Made by a program: the position numbers and the translations under genes. Below are positions 28,390-41,947 of a stretch of DNA of 64,000 bases, piece after piece; the first letter of the stretch is position 1; the number at the start of each line of letters is the position of its first letter. Under the pieces are notes generated by a model. It was not told the DNA's origin and ran no database searches. It saw only the letters and a list, made by a program, of their open reading frames with translations. Origin of the DNA: Eledone cirrhosa (Eukaryota); contig OZ024756.1 in assembly GCA_964016885.1 (NCBI GenBank), positions 27,466,001 through 27,530,000 on the forward strand, in the 5' to 3' direction.

Positions 28390-30120
28390 ACTTACTAACA
28401 CAGAATAGATGCATGTCATTGCACGAATGCATGTTAACAAAAACACTGGCACACAGTAAGGATTTCTTGCCTAGACACCAGAACAGTTAATGTATGGGGT
28501 GAGGGGGTATAATCTATATAATCAGTTTATGTGTTTCATTATTACTTATTGGCAGTATCGGTAGAGGGTCGGACGCCATGCTTTCCAGCACAGTTACGTC
28601 CCTTTACAATCTGAGTTCAAATCCCGCCGAGGTTGACTTTGCCTTTCATCCTTACGGGGTCGATAAAATAAAGTACCAGTAATGCACTGGGTAATTGCTG
28701 GCCTTGTGCCTAAAGTAGAAACAATTATTACTTATTTTATTGACGCCCCTGGAAATGAAAGGCAAAGACAATGAGACCAAAGTTTGAACTTGCACAGGGC
28801 TGTAATATCACAAAGCATTTAGTTAGTCGCTCAATTGATTCTGCTATCTATCGAAATTGTTATTCACCTCCAACCAATAAACAAGCTTCTTCATCAGTGG
28901 TTCTGAACTTGGATGCCAATACCCTCAAGGGGTGTGAGAATCAGTTCTTGGGAGTGAGAGAAGAAGCATCACAAAAGTTACATTAAAGATTTAAATATTT
29001 TGACTGGATCTTTTTTGTTATTTTCAACAATTTGTATTTATTAATCATCATCATCATCGTTTAATGTCCATCTTCCACGCTAGCATGGGTTAGACGGGAA
29101 TTGTCCCACTTGAGGCAAGATTGGTTGGGTGACCATGTCTCACTCATATAGAACTGTTTCTGGCAGATTTCCTATGGCTGGATGCCCTTCCTAATGCCAG
29201 CCACATTTACAGTGTGGACTGGGTGCTTTTTGTCGTGACACCTACACGACCACTTTACAGTGTGGACTGGGTGCTTATTGTCGGGACACCTATATGACCA
29301 CTTAACAGTGTGGACTGGGTGCTTATTGTCAGGACACCTACATGACCGCTTTACAGTGTGAACTGGATGTACTGTGGTACCAACATAATTTTACAGATAA
29401 AGGGTGGTGTGGGAGTAGGGGGGTGGGGTGTATATTGGGCTAAGAGGTGCCTACTGACTGTAGGTTTAAGTTCATATATAAGGGAAGGCAGGTTGTCTGT
29501 ATTACTGCATAGCGCTAGTTAATTAATTAAATAGTAGCAGCTAAGTAGCTGAAAATTAAAGTTCTTTTGTCTTATGTGCTAGGCCTAGGGGTGTTGGATA
29601 GAATTTCAAAATCTTAAAGAGTGCCACAACAGAGAAAGATTAAGAACCACTGTTCTACATGCTTACTTCATTTGCTAGAAAGAGCAATCAAGGTTCCACT
29701 AAATCACAGCTTATAAGTCTTAGTATGGTATGGTATGGTGCCATAACTCCTGTGGGAGTCGTAGGGGCACTGTAAGGACATACACCATTTCTTGGGCATT
29801 TTAAAGCCTGGCGGAGCCCATCTCCCTCTCCAGGCCTGAGTACAGCAGATTTCTTCCAGAGAAAGATAGAAAGTGAGAGAGAGGAAATGCGAAAGAGATA
29901 TAGAAGAAGAATCGACCCCAGTACTAGACTGGTACTTTTTTTTTATCCACCTCAAAAGTATGAAAGGCAAAGTTGACTTTGGCGGGATTTGAACTCAGAC
30001 AGTTTCTTCACATTATCTATTGTGTTCTTTTCTAAGACAGTAAATGTGTGATTTGAGACAATAGTGAAACATTTGGCTGCTATTTCTAGCAATTTGAGTA
30101 ATCACAAAATAGGAAGGCTA

Positions 30121-30318
30121 TGAGGCTCAGCTGAAAAGTTCATAGGCTGACTAAGATACTCTCATGGAATGACCAAATGAGGTTTGTTTTTCAACATATT
30201 AGTCCCTGGGAAGAAAATGCAATTATTAATAAGAAGGATTGAAATTAATGCATGTAAGATTTCACAGCTCTAGCATCATTCCTTCATAGTCAGCCTATGA
30301 ACTTTTTGGCCGACCTAC
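30121..30318. mobile_element. Mariner-type MITE (copies about 36267-36637 duplicated, 55942-56235, 59292-59531, 59685-59790)
   Basis: Imperfect TIRs gctgaaaagttcataggctgac...gtcagcctatgaactttttggc with a shared internal sequence. Confidence 0.75.
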
Positions 30319-32124
30319 ATAGACTTCCTTTTTTGTTATTGCTGGTTTTGTTGTTGTTACTGCCATTTTGTTTTTGTTTTTTTGCTATTTATATCAACCT
30401 AGAATTTACTTTCAGACTGTTTGATTGCATGTTTGTTTTGTTTTTTTCTTTTTCTTTAACTAACTTCAATGCTCTAAGAATTATTTTCTTTGTTTTTCAT
30501 TTTTAATTTAATTAATTAATTTATTTATTTTTCTGACACCAATTGACTTATGATGCATTCATGGTAAAAATAATTAAAATAACACATATTGGCTGACTGA
30601 CCACACACAATATTTTCATTTTCTTCCTCTTCTCACTCCCTTTTATCTTTCTATTTCCTCTTTCTTCTCATTCTATCTTCGATGAAGGACTTGCATCTGA
30701 AATGTTAAAACTCTTTTCCTATTATATCAAGCATTAAACTAATATAAGATTAATATATATCTTGATTGTACTGTATGTTAGGTGTGTTGTTTTCCATTTA
30801 CTTTTTACATACATACATTTTTCAATTTGTAAAAATGACCATCGTGTTCCTCATAAATAAGGAATTCTAGCTTAGCTCCTTTTCACTGTCATATGACACT
30901 GGTAGTGGCGTTGTCTACCATAATGGCCATTCCACACTGAATACAGTGGGCTAGTGTTTGACCTGTTCCGAGGAGACTAACTCCCTGCCAATGAAGTTAC
31001 TCTTAGCCGATTAGGTAATGTTTAATAGCATTACCTAATTTCTGTGCATGCCAGTCCTACATGGACTGTCACCAGCAGATTGGGTAACAGCAACTAGTGC
31101 CTAGTCCGGAGACAGAAAAGTAAATTCAATTAAATCAAACCCAGTACATTACTGGTACTTTATTTTATCAACCCCTGTAAGTATGAAAGGCAAAGCTAAC
31201 CTCAAGAGGATTTGAACCTAATAAGCTACTAATAATAATAATAATGAATAAATTTATAAACAAAATTAACTTGAATACCAAATTTTGAAACGTGGGTGTA
31301 TTAGAATTCAAAGGAAAATGGAAAAACTTGGCATAAGGAAGCTGTTAAAACAGCTGCTGATTTGTATCTTTTGAGGTAATGTTTTACCCAACACCAAGTT
31401 TTTCCATTTTCCTATGAATTATAAATTTATTCATAGTATGTCAGGTCACTCTCGAGTGCTACTGGTAGCGTGTAACCCAGTACAACCTGTCGCATGGTCG
31501 GGGCGTCGGTGACTAAACTAGCAACCCCACCAAGTTTACTTGGTGAGGAGAGTGATTTTGGACACCCTGCAGGAAAAAAGCAAAACCTGACAAAGGGCGG
31601 AAGAACTCATAAGAGTCAACGGCCATCTAAAAACAAAAAATCCTGCCAAATCAATGGGTGGCAGTAATTCCAGCTGCAGGCACCGAAAGACTGGTGTAGT
31701 GGTTCTGAGAACAATGCGGTTTTGCAGATGATCAATGCAAATTGACAATGGAAAGGCGCTCCTACTCGAGTTAGAAGAGAACTATTGACCTTCAGGAGAA
31801 GCAGCGACCCCTGATTGTATTCAGCAACTGAAACAAATATGAAGTACACCAAATCCAATGCTCCTAGGGGTGGCCCTGGTTCTTATTTGCGAGTGAAAAC
31901 TCGGCCAGATTAGATTATTCATAGTTAAGGCCAATATAACTGTATTTTTAATATTCATATTTGTAAGTGTTTCTCGATTTCGCAGTTTTACAATTTTAAT
32001 TCAGTAATCACATTCAGTATTCAAAATCAATATCTTAAAATAAATTTTGAAATTTATATTCCAAATTAAAGTTTTAAATTCATATTCTAAATGAAATACT
32101 GCTATATATTAACTTCCACCATTG

Positions 32125-33085
32125 CTACATCTACTTCATCTTCATTTGAAGCTTCAGCTTCCTCCTCAACCTCATCACCATAGAACTGCAATCATCATCA
32201 CCCTGTCATGCCATCTACTTCATCTTCCTCCTCAACCTCATCACCATAGAACTGCAATCATCATCACCCTGTCATGCCATCTACTTCATCTTCCTCCTCA
32301 ACCTCATCACCATAGAACTGCAATCATTATCACCCAGTCATGTCATCTATTTCACTTTCATTTGCAGCTTCAGCTTCCCCCTCAACCTCATCACTATAGA
32401 ACTGCAATCATCATCACCCTGTCATGCCATCTACTTCATCTTCCTCCTCAACCTCATCACCATAGAACTGCAATCATCATCACCCTGTCATGCCATCTAC
32501 TTCATCTTCCTCCTCAACCTCATCACTATAGAACTGCAATCATCATCACCCTGTCATGCCATCTACTTCATCTTCCTCCTCAACCTCATCACCATAGAAC
32601 TGCAATCATTATCACCCAGTCATGTCATCTATTTCACTTTCATTTGCAGCTTCAGCTTCCCCCTCAACCTCATCACTATAGAACTGCAATCATCATCACC
32701 CTGTCATGCCATCTACTTCATCTTCCTCCGCAACCTCATCACCATAGAACTGCAATCATCATCACCCTGTCATGCCATCTACTTCATCTTCCTCCTCAAC
32801 CTCATCACTATAGAACTGCAATCATTATCACCCAGTCATGTCATCTATTTCACTTTCATTTGCAGCTTCAGCTTCCCCCTCAACCTCATCACTATAGAAC
32901 TGCAATCATTATCACCCTGTCATGCCATCTACTTCATCTTCATCTCAACCTCATCACCATAGAACTGCAATCATCACTACTCTGTCATGCCATCTACTTA
33001 ATCTTCATTTGCAGCTTCAGCTTCCTCCCCAACCTCATCACTATAGAACTGCAATTATCATCACCCTGTCATGCCATCTACTCAA
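32125..33085. repeat. Higher-order minisatellite of 60-bp and 78-bp units in FAM210B-like intron 1
   Basis: Unit ctcaacctcatcacYatagaactgcaatcat..., arranged AAB-AAAB-AAB. Confidence 0.9.
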
Positions 33086-33188
33086 GCTCCGCTTGTCTCT
33101 TTTTTCCCCACTTCTCTTTTTCTTTCTCTCTCATCATTATTATCATCATCATCATCGTCTTCATCTTTGTCCATCTGCATCCCCACAG

Positions 33189-33678
33189 CCACCAGCAGTC
33201 GGTTTACTACATATGCTGCCCCTGTTGCAATACAGTCAGATGCTCAACAAAAATGCCTCTTCAACAGCTATGAGATGGTTCCATACAACAGCCAGCAACA
33301 TCACCAACATTTCAGAGACAGTCGTAATCCAGTGGAAGAAATAAACTGCAGCAGACATGAATGGACTGTACTGAACCCAATCAGCATATTCTCTTTACAG
33401 CATCACTTTCAGCAGCATCAGCAGAGGACATTCTCCACATCTAGTTGGTTTTCAAATTTAAAGGGATCCAATCCCGCTGAAAATAAACCAGAACCAAATC
33501 CAACATCAACAACTGCTCCAACCCCAGATGATGTCCGTGCTAGCAGTGAAACCCCAACGGAACTAACCCGCAGACAAAAACTACAAAGGGCTGTTAAAGA
33601 ATACGGTTCCACTGTCATGGTTTTTCATGTCACCATATCTCTTATGTCCCTTGGCAGTTTTTACCTTGCAGTCTCCAG
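33189..33678 (+). CDS. FAM210B: FAM210B-like gene, exon 2 (start of DUF1279 domain)
   Basis: Pyrimidine-rich acceptor ...ctgcatccccacag|CC. Encodes RRQKLQRAVKEYGSTVMVFHVTISLMSLGSFYLAVS, recognisably the FAM210B motif (human ...QEYGTVGVSLHIGISLISLGIFYMVVS, from memory). Donor AG|gtatcc is phase 2. Confidence 0.88.
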
Positions 33679-33964
33679 GTATCCCAATTTGTTTGTTTGT
33701 TTGATGTTGTTATTGTTGTTGATGTTGTACTTCATCTTCATCTTCTTGTTCACGTGTGCAACTGAAATGACAAAGTTGACATGATGTGGGTCTACTGGCC
33801 CTACAGGTCAAAAGTTTATATCCTTTGAAAAACTTAGAGAAAAATATACCTAGAGAAAATACAGAGTGATACAATAGCAGGCACTCCTAATTTTCAAGGT
33901 TCTATGCTAAAACTCTTTCCAATACAGGATAATAAAAGACATTGCAACATATTACAATATACAT

Positions 33965-33995
<31 letters not shown>

Positions 33996-34528
33996 ATGAC
34001 AAGTCAGTCAATCCTATAAGTGACCTCCCCACAGTCCCTGTATTTTGTCCATTGTCTGTCACTTCTTAAGGAAGATGAAAAAAAAACTTACCCTCCTAAT
34101 TTTAAATCTTTAATTTTTAGTTTTTAATTCTTGTTAATTCTTTTTAATTGTAATACTCAACATTTGATAAGATGAATTTTACTAATACATCGAAACCGGT
34201 AATACTTTATATACTTTATAAAACTCTTTTTGAAAAGAATTATCCTTCTCATTTTTTCAATAATGCCACAAGGAAAAAAAAGAAAAACAGACTCTAAAAT
34301 ATATTTTCCATGCTATTTCCAACTTCACCTTTTCTCTATAACCACTGTTTTGTATAGAACCTTACTTCCCTTTTCTTATATATATATATATATATATATA
34401 TAAAGCTAATTTTAAGCTTAAACGATATATAACAGGATATATCAATTGAGAAACAACTAGAGTTTTGTACATATATACAGGACGAATATGTAAATAAAAA
34501 TACATACTTCAAGATGTTATAATGGCCT

Positions 34529-34586
<58 letters not shown>

Positions 34587-34588
<2 letters not shown>

Positions 34589-34769
34589 TGTTGGAAAGTA
34601 AAAAGAATACAAACAAAAGATAGACATTTTCCCATCATCAGTTGTCTACTACGGGTCACATATGTTTCAGCACATTAATAATGCACTGAAACATCAGTGA
34701 CCCGTAGTAGACAACTGATGAAGGGAAAATCTCTATCTTTTGTTTGTGTTACTTTTACTTTCCAACACT
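34587..34769. repeat. Inverted repeat next to (TA)n, in FAM210B-like intron 2
   Basis: agtgttggaaagtaaaa...tacgggtcac / gtgacccgta...ttttactttccaacact; central gaaacatatg half-motif. Confidence 0.8.
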
Positions 34770-34790
34770 CATTATCAGTAACAACACAGT

Positions 34791-34970
34791 GGGTTGGCAG
34801 TATCGGTAGAGGGTCGGACGCCATGCTTTGACGTATAGAGTTATGGCCCTTGCCATTCTGAGTTCAAATCCCGCCGAGGTTAACTTTGCCTTTCATCCTT
34901 ACAGGGTCGATAAAATAAAGTACCAGTAATACACTGGGTAATTACTGACCTTGTGCCAAATGTAGAAACA
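34791..34970 (+). mobile_element. SINE family 1 with 20-bp TSD attatcagtaacaacacagt
   Basis: Full body, with an identical 20-mer at 34771-34790 and 34971-34990. Confidence 0.9.
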
Positions 34971-35700
34971 ATTATCAGTAACAACACAGTCTCATCCCTC
35001 TCAACCCATAATTATGTCTATATATATGTTAAGTATTTCCAAAGAAAAAGCAAAGGAAAAAAGAGTGCCCTATGTATAAAACAGCTAATCTCATTTCGTA
35101 TTTTCATATATTCATAACCCCTCTGTCTGATCAGCTACCTAGACCTATGTTAATATTGTCTGGGATCCTGAAACCTTTGGTAATGGAGTAGTTATATAGT
35201 TTCTAATTAAATATATATATATATATAAAAGGTGCAGAGCACTAGAAGTCGATGGAAACCGCGGAGTGGGGAGACCCAAGAAGACCTGGGATGAGGTGAT
35301 AAAAGCCGACCTTACCCAATTACACCTCTCACACGACCGTGACCTCTGGCGTCACGCAGTAATACAGAGTACCCGACCTCCCATGGGTACAAGCTGAAGC
35401 ATATAGACAATATGCCCCCACACCCTCCCACTGCAAGGTGGTCGTGGAGGTGCCACGGCAAAAAAGCCCTCAGCCCACACTGTAAAGTGGACGTGTAGGC
35501 GCCACGGAAAAAGCACCCAGCACTCACTGTAAATGAGGTTGATGTTAGGGAGGGCATCCAGCTGTAGAAATCAAGCCAAATCAGTTCCTGTATGAGCACG
35601 GCATGGTCAGCCGACCAGACACTGCCCACAACAGGACAACCCGTCTCACCCATGCTAGCGTGGAAGAACGGACGTAAAACGGTGATGATGATGATATACA

Positions 35701-35740
<40 letters not shown>

Positions 35741-36185
35741 GAGGTGGGGTAGTGTGTGAGTATTAAACATTTTTCCTTTAGATAGACTTAGACTTATTTG
35801 AGATTTATAAAAATTATTTCTCCTGACAGGAACTGAACCACACACCTTATGTTTTCCAGACAAATGTTCCACCATCTGTGTCATTGCCAGTTACCATTTA
35901 GTATAGAAGGTGTCTCTATGCATGATGTCTACTAACTAAAATGCTTGTTTATATCTTGCTGACGATGTTAGTTAGTACTGAACTGAAATTGTTTATTTTT
36001 CTATGTCTACCTGTATGTGTCTACCTGTATGTCTGTATTGTTTCTTTGGTCCGATTTGACGAAAGTCGATCGTATGTATATATATATTTTCAATTTTATT
36101 AAGGCTAAATAGTGAGTTTTGTTACTCGGTTATGAGAACCCATTTCTCTCAGCCATCAAGCAAGCACATATGGATAATGATATAC

Positions 36186-36266
<81 letters not shown>

Positions 36267-36399
36267 TACAAGGGTGGACTAAGTTCATAGGCTGACCAAG
36301 ATACTCTCATCGAATGTCCAAATGAGGTTTAGTCTTCAACATAGACCCAGGAAAGAAACAATGCAGTTATTCAAGCACATATGGTTAATGATGATATAC

Positions 36400-36440
<41 letters not shown>

Positions 36441-37031
36441 TACAAGGGTGGACTAAGTTCATAGGCTAACCAAGATACTCTCATCGAATGACCAAATGAG
36501 GTTTAGTCTTCAACATAGACCCAGGAAAGAAACAATGCAGTTATTAAGAAGAAGAGTTGAAATTAATACATGCAAGATTTCACAGCTCTAACATCACTCC
36601 TTCATAGTCAGCCTAAGAACTTTCAACTGACCCCTGTACATACATACTAGGCTGTAAAACCCTATGTTTAAAGAATAATAGGTAGAGAAAAGTCATACTT
36701 ACCATATTTTAAATATATTTTACTGTACCATATACACACACACATAAATACATACATACATATATATACATATATATATATATATTTATTGTCTTTTATT
36801 TATTTGCGTATACATGTCTGCATATGTTCTATTTATTTATGTGAATATATATACATATTAATTATCTATTATATATATAAATATATGTGTGTGTGTGTAT
36901 ATATATATATATACATATATATTATATATGTGTGTATATGTATATATATATATATATTATATAGCGTAGGTAGTACGATGAAATACTGGTGTTGGTACCA
37001 AATCAAGCACTCTACGCACAGGCAGCGTGTA

Positions 37032-37274
37032 TATAATAGAAAAACGAGGAAGTTTTGTTTACATATGAAAAATATTTATTGCATATCGACCTGTTACACG
37101 TGTTTCATAGAGGATTGGCTCAAGGTGACCAGTCTGGGGATCAGATCGATACTGTCAAGTCCACAACTCCTATGGGTCACCTTGAACCAATCCTCGGTGA
37201 AACACGTGTAACAGGTCGATACGCAATAAATATTTTTCCTGTGTAAACGAAACTTCCTCATTTTTTCTATTATA
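37032..37274. repeat. Inverted repeat with about 100-bp arms carrying a hammerhead 3' half (GAAAcacgtgTA), in FAM210B-like intron 2
   Basis: Arms are reverse complementary with several mismatches; flanked by (TA)n. Confidence 0.8.
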
Positions 37275-37449
37275 TATATATTATTTATCTTTGTTCATAC
37301 ATGGAACAAAGAGCATTACCTTAGGTTTCAAGGTCCAATTATGACCATCTCCCCAGATTGTGCACCATGGAAGGGCAGTCAAATTTGTGTCCTAGTCACA
37401 AATGTATGAACATAAATAAATAATATAATATATCAGCTCTCATCCCAGA

Positions 37450-37486
<37 letters not shown>

Positions 37487-37735
37487 TTAAAAAATAATGA
37501 ATAAAACAATGAAACAGTTCCTTATATTAAACAAAAAAAGTTCATATAAGTTTAATATAAGGAACTGTTTCATTGTTTTATTCATTATTTTTTTAATATT
37601 TTATCTTGACTCTGTATTCCGTTTATCTTTCACCGAAAGTGATTTTTCATTGCATCTCTTCTTTCCATGATATCCGGATTACATTGAGTTCTTCATACGG
37701 ATTGGACACTACCGTAAACTCTTGGTAGATTTATC

Positions 37736-37770
<35 letters not shown>

Positions 37771-37805
37771 TGTATCATTTATATGTATATACATATGTTT
37801 GTGTG

Positions 37806-37851
<46 letters not shown>

Positions 37852-37888
37852 GTACGATTTGCATGTATATACATATATTTGTGTGTGT

Positions 37889-37936
<48 letters not shown>

Positions 37937-37979
37937 ATGGGTATATAAACATTCTTATTTATATTAGTTTGTATTTGTG

Positions 37980-38019
<40 letters not shown>

Positions 38020-38062
38020 CTATTTCAATGTTATATTTATTTTAACTTCTTCACAATTACAG

Positions 38063-38294
38063 TGGAATAGACCTGGTTGGACTGATGGCGAAACTTGGCA
38101 TTGGGGAAAATATCTTGCAATCGAGGCTTGCTACTGGGGCAAGTACATTTGTCGTCGCATATGCTGTTCACAAGGTATTTGCTCCTGCCCGGATAGCTAT
38201 TACATTGAGTGCAACCCCACTTATAGTGAAGTACCTCCGACTAAAAGGGTTCCTAAAACCACCAAAACCAAAACCAAAAACTATCACAAAATGA
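38063..38294 (+). CDS. FAM210B: FAM210B-like gene, last coding exon
   Basis: Acceptor ttacag|T is phase 2, giving ...LAVSSGIDLVGLMAKLG...GASTFVVAYAVHKVFAPARIAITLSATPLIVKYLR, the DUF1279 C-terminal motif. TGA at 38292-38294, AATAAA at 38311. Confidence 0.92.
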
Positions 38295-38599
38295 AAACCA
38301 TATATATTTTAATAAATACACATACATACACTGTATGCGTTTGTATTTTTGTATTTGTATATAAACTTTTCAAAGGAAGAAGATTTATGACATTTAAACA
38401 AATAATATATTTCTAATAAAACATATTTTATACTATATATATGTATGTATATATATATATATATACATACATATACATATATATGTATATATATATATAT
38501 ATATATACAAAAAATACTATATATGTATATATATATATATACACAAATTATACTATATATGTATATATATATATATACATTTCCTTTGTTAAATTTGGA

Positions 38600-38657
38600 A
38601 TACCTGATGATGTCACCGGATTCATACTGAACCCGGTCATTGAAATGTTCATAGTAT
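38600..38657 (+). ncRNA. Hammerhead motif about 300 nt downstream of the FAM210B-like stop codon, sense strand
   Basis: atac CTGATGA tg-tc-accggattca-tac-tgaacccggt-ca-tt GAAA tgttca TA gtat. Confidence 0.7.
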
Positions 38658-39045
38658 AATAAACCTTTAAGGAATTACACCAGTCCAGCTTCCTGTTATT
38701 TTATAATATATATATATAATATATATATATATACACAAATTATACTATATATATATATATATATATATACCATATATAAAATGTATACTATATATATATA
38801 TATATATATACCATATATAAAATGTATACAATATATATATATATTTATATACTTATAATTTATTTATAATACCTTTTTACTGAAGAAAAATAAAAATGAA
38901 AAGTTAAAATTTGAATTTGTAATCATGCTTTCCAACATAAACATTTTATATTTTCAGCTGTATTCTTAATGCACAACTTAATAAGAAACATGAATAAATA
39001 CACACGCACACAAAAATACTCACACATTTCTGGAAGTGGAGGAGG

Positions 39046-39081
39046 TTTCAATGTTTCTGACAGAGGTCCTTCATCAGGAAA
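39046..39081 (-). ncRNA. Minimal hammerhead motif (mirror copy + 39171-39203) in inverted repeat 39031-39218
   Basis: tttc CTGATGA aggacctctgtca GAAA ca TT gaaa; mirror copy tttc CTGATGA aggactgtca GAAA cg TT gaaa. Confidence 0.65.
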
Positions 39082-39913
39082 GTCCAAATAGGGGAAGAAC
39101 AGAGTAAGATATCCATACATACAATATTAGCCACATGATTGAATGTATGTATGGATATCTTACTCTGGACTTTCCTGATGAAGGACTGTCAGAAACGTTG
39201 AAACCTCCTCCACTTCCACCAAGCGTGAACCTAATAAAACTCTGTACAACTGCCTCCTTCCTTTTGTGTGCTTGAATGTGTCATGATTATTGTAGTAGTA
39301 TGTTAGGAGAGGTTCTCCTCATATCCACATGAAAGCTGTTACAATATTAGCCACATGACTGAATGTAACAGCTTTCATGTGGATAAGAGGAGAGGTTCTC
39401 CCAATAACCATGACGACACATTCAAGCATGCAAAAGGAGAAAAACAATAAAAATTGAAAATAAAAAATAAAAAGACAAATGTAAAACAATAATAAAGAAT
39501 TTATTACAATTTCCTCATATTATAAATTACTCAATGTTTGTCATGCATATTTACAGCCCAGCATAGATGTGACTAGCTCACTTCAGGTTGTTAACATCAG
39601 CAGTCGGTGTAATGTCAATGGTGACATAATGAAGTCAAGCAATTAAACATTGGACAAACAGCAGCATGTGACCTAGCACAGTAAGAAGCTGAATGGTGAT
39701 GAGAATGCTGAAAAATTGGGAATTGGAATGAAGGAGGTTGAACAGCACCTTAAATAGTGGGACAGCATTACTTAACCAGACTAGAGCCTGTTGCTTGAAC
39801 AGCTGCATGTAGTTTGGTATAGTAAGAAACTGACTAATGATGAAGACACTGAAGATTTTAGTATGGACAATCAACAGCTTAAACTGCGAAACAGCAATAC
39901 ATTGCTGGCTTAA

Positions 39914-40101
39914 CCCTTTAGCGTTTAAACCGGCCAGAATTCTCTCACCTCTTTCTGTTCAAACCGGCTGTAACCAGCTGCTCATACTTATGTTAAGGTA
40001 TTGTTCTCAAAATAAATATTAAAATCTCATATTTGATATTATGTGAAGTAAAGACTTTACTGTGGAAATACAATAGTATATATAATGTAAATGCTAAAGG
40101 G
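39914..40101. mobile_element. piggyBac-type MITE, same family; further copies or fragments at about 40440-40640, 45104-45700, 48373-48564, 49994-50215, 59853-60180
   Basis: Same TIRs and TTAA flanks, and the shared internal sequence ccagaattctctcacctctttctgttcaaac. Confidence 0.85.
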
Positions 40102-41639
40102 TTAAGAGTTTTGAGAAGGGGAAAGTCGATTAAATCAACATCAGTATGTTACTGGTACTTTATTTTATCGACCCCTTAAGGATGAAAGGCAAAGTTTACC
40201 TAGGCTGGATTTGAACTCAGAACATAGAAGGCCGTAATTCTATGCCACAAAGCATGGCGTCTGACGCTCTACAGATTCTGCCAATCCACCGCCCCTTATT
40301 TCAGCCCCACTGGCTCGAACTGAAAAACCAAATTTGATGCAGCAGACTCCACTGGGAGGAGGAAGAGAAAGTGCAAGAACAGATAAACAGGAGGGAGAGA
40401 GATTGGTGAAAGGTGTAGGACAGGAAAAAGAAGCTTTAACCCTTTAACATTTAAACTGGCCATAATTCTCTCGCCTCTTTCTGTTTAAACCAACCATAAT
40501 GAGCCGCTTATACTAACATTAAGGTATTGCTCTCAAAATAAATAACATCAAAATCGCATAGGTTCGATATTATATGAGATAATTATGTAAGATAAAGCCT
40601 TTACCACAAAAATATAATAGTATATAGAGTAATGTGAAGGCCAGAAAAATTCTCCCTCTCGTGGTGAATGTCAGAGTGTAAGGAATTTAACATAGATAAC
40701 CCTGTTCACACATACACCAATCAGAAACAGTCACAACCCAATGGAAAGATAGCACGCACAACATACAGACTGACTGAGCCATGGCTATGACTATTAGGGG
40801 GAAGTTGAATATCTTTTAAATCAAGCCAGTAAGGAAGCCTTTATGTGCTTACTGAACCTGCTAAAAATAACAACCACACTTCCCCCATATCAAACCCACT
40901 GCTTTAAAACATTGGATAATCTAGTCTTAGATGTCTTACGCCAAAAGGCTTGTTAGGCCAGTGCTTATCCTGGTTTCATGGTGTGAAGCAACTGAGAGTA
41001 CAAGACTTCTCCTGGACGGGTGCCAGTCCATCACTGGGTTAAACCCCCCAGCTATTGCTGGTACTCATTTACAGCTGAATATAGTGGAGTAATGTGAAAT
41101 GAAGTGTTTCGCTCAAGAACACAACACGCAATCCAGCCCAGGAATCGAACCCACAACATTATGATCGTAAGTCCAACACCCTTACCGCTACATGCCTCAA
41201 TTTAATCTTAGAAAGACTGTTTAAATATAGGATGGCATGGTTGAGGCTAGATTACGTTTGAACATTGATCTGCTTTATAAAGACTGGACTGCAACTAATT
41301 GACAACAATCTTACAATTAGAGTGAACAAGTTAACTGGGAACAGGCAGGTTAAAATACTCTAACTAAAAATAGTAGAAAATGTTAGGAAGCAGCTCTTTT
41401 TAACTTATACTCCTTGAGTGAGTAGTATAAAAGGCTACCTCAACACCATCTCTATATGTCATGTTTGGGCACATATATATGTATATATATATATATACAT
41501 ACATATATATATGTCTTTATATATATAAATGTATGTGTCTGTGCATCACCATCATCATTTAATGCCTATTTTCCACGCTAGCATGGGTTAGATAGGTTTG
41601 ACCATGTCTCGCTCATATAGGACTGTTTCTGTAGAAAAG

Positions 41640-41947
41640 AAAACGAAAAATTAGTGATGCATCTGAACTCAATTTATTGTGTGTTACAATTGTTTCGCTG
41701 GTGGACAGCTCGAGACGCAATCATTGTGTGGATCTGTTTGATTCTGGACCTGCAGGTTCGAGGGACATGTCTAATGATTTCGGAGCGTGTGAGAGAATAT
41801 GCTCCGAAATCATTAGACGTGTCCGTCGAACCTGCAGGTCCAGAATCAGACAGATCCACACAATGATCGCGTCTCGAGCTGTCCACCAGCGAAACAATTG
41901 TAACACACAATAAATTGAGTTCAGATGCATCACTAATTTTTCGTTTT
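41640..41947. repeat. Inverted repeat with about 145-bp arms carrying GAAAcaattgTA
   Basis: Mirror ORFs 41654-41990 on both strands reflect the palindrome; loop of about 14 nt. Confidence 0.88.

Noticed and set aside
32122-33273. 383-aa His/Leu-rich repeat ORF
   Set aside because: Arises from the minisatellite, has a non-ATG start, and is out of frame with the FAM210B exon it overlaps.
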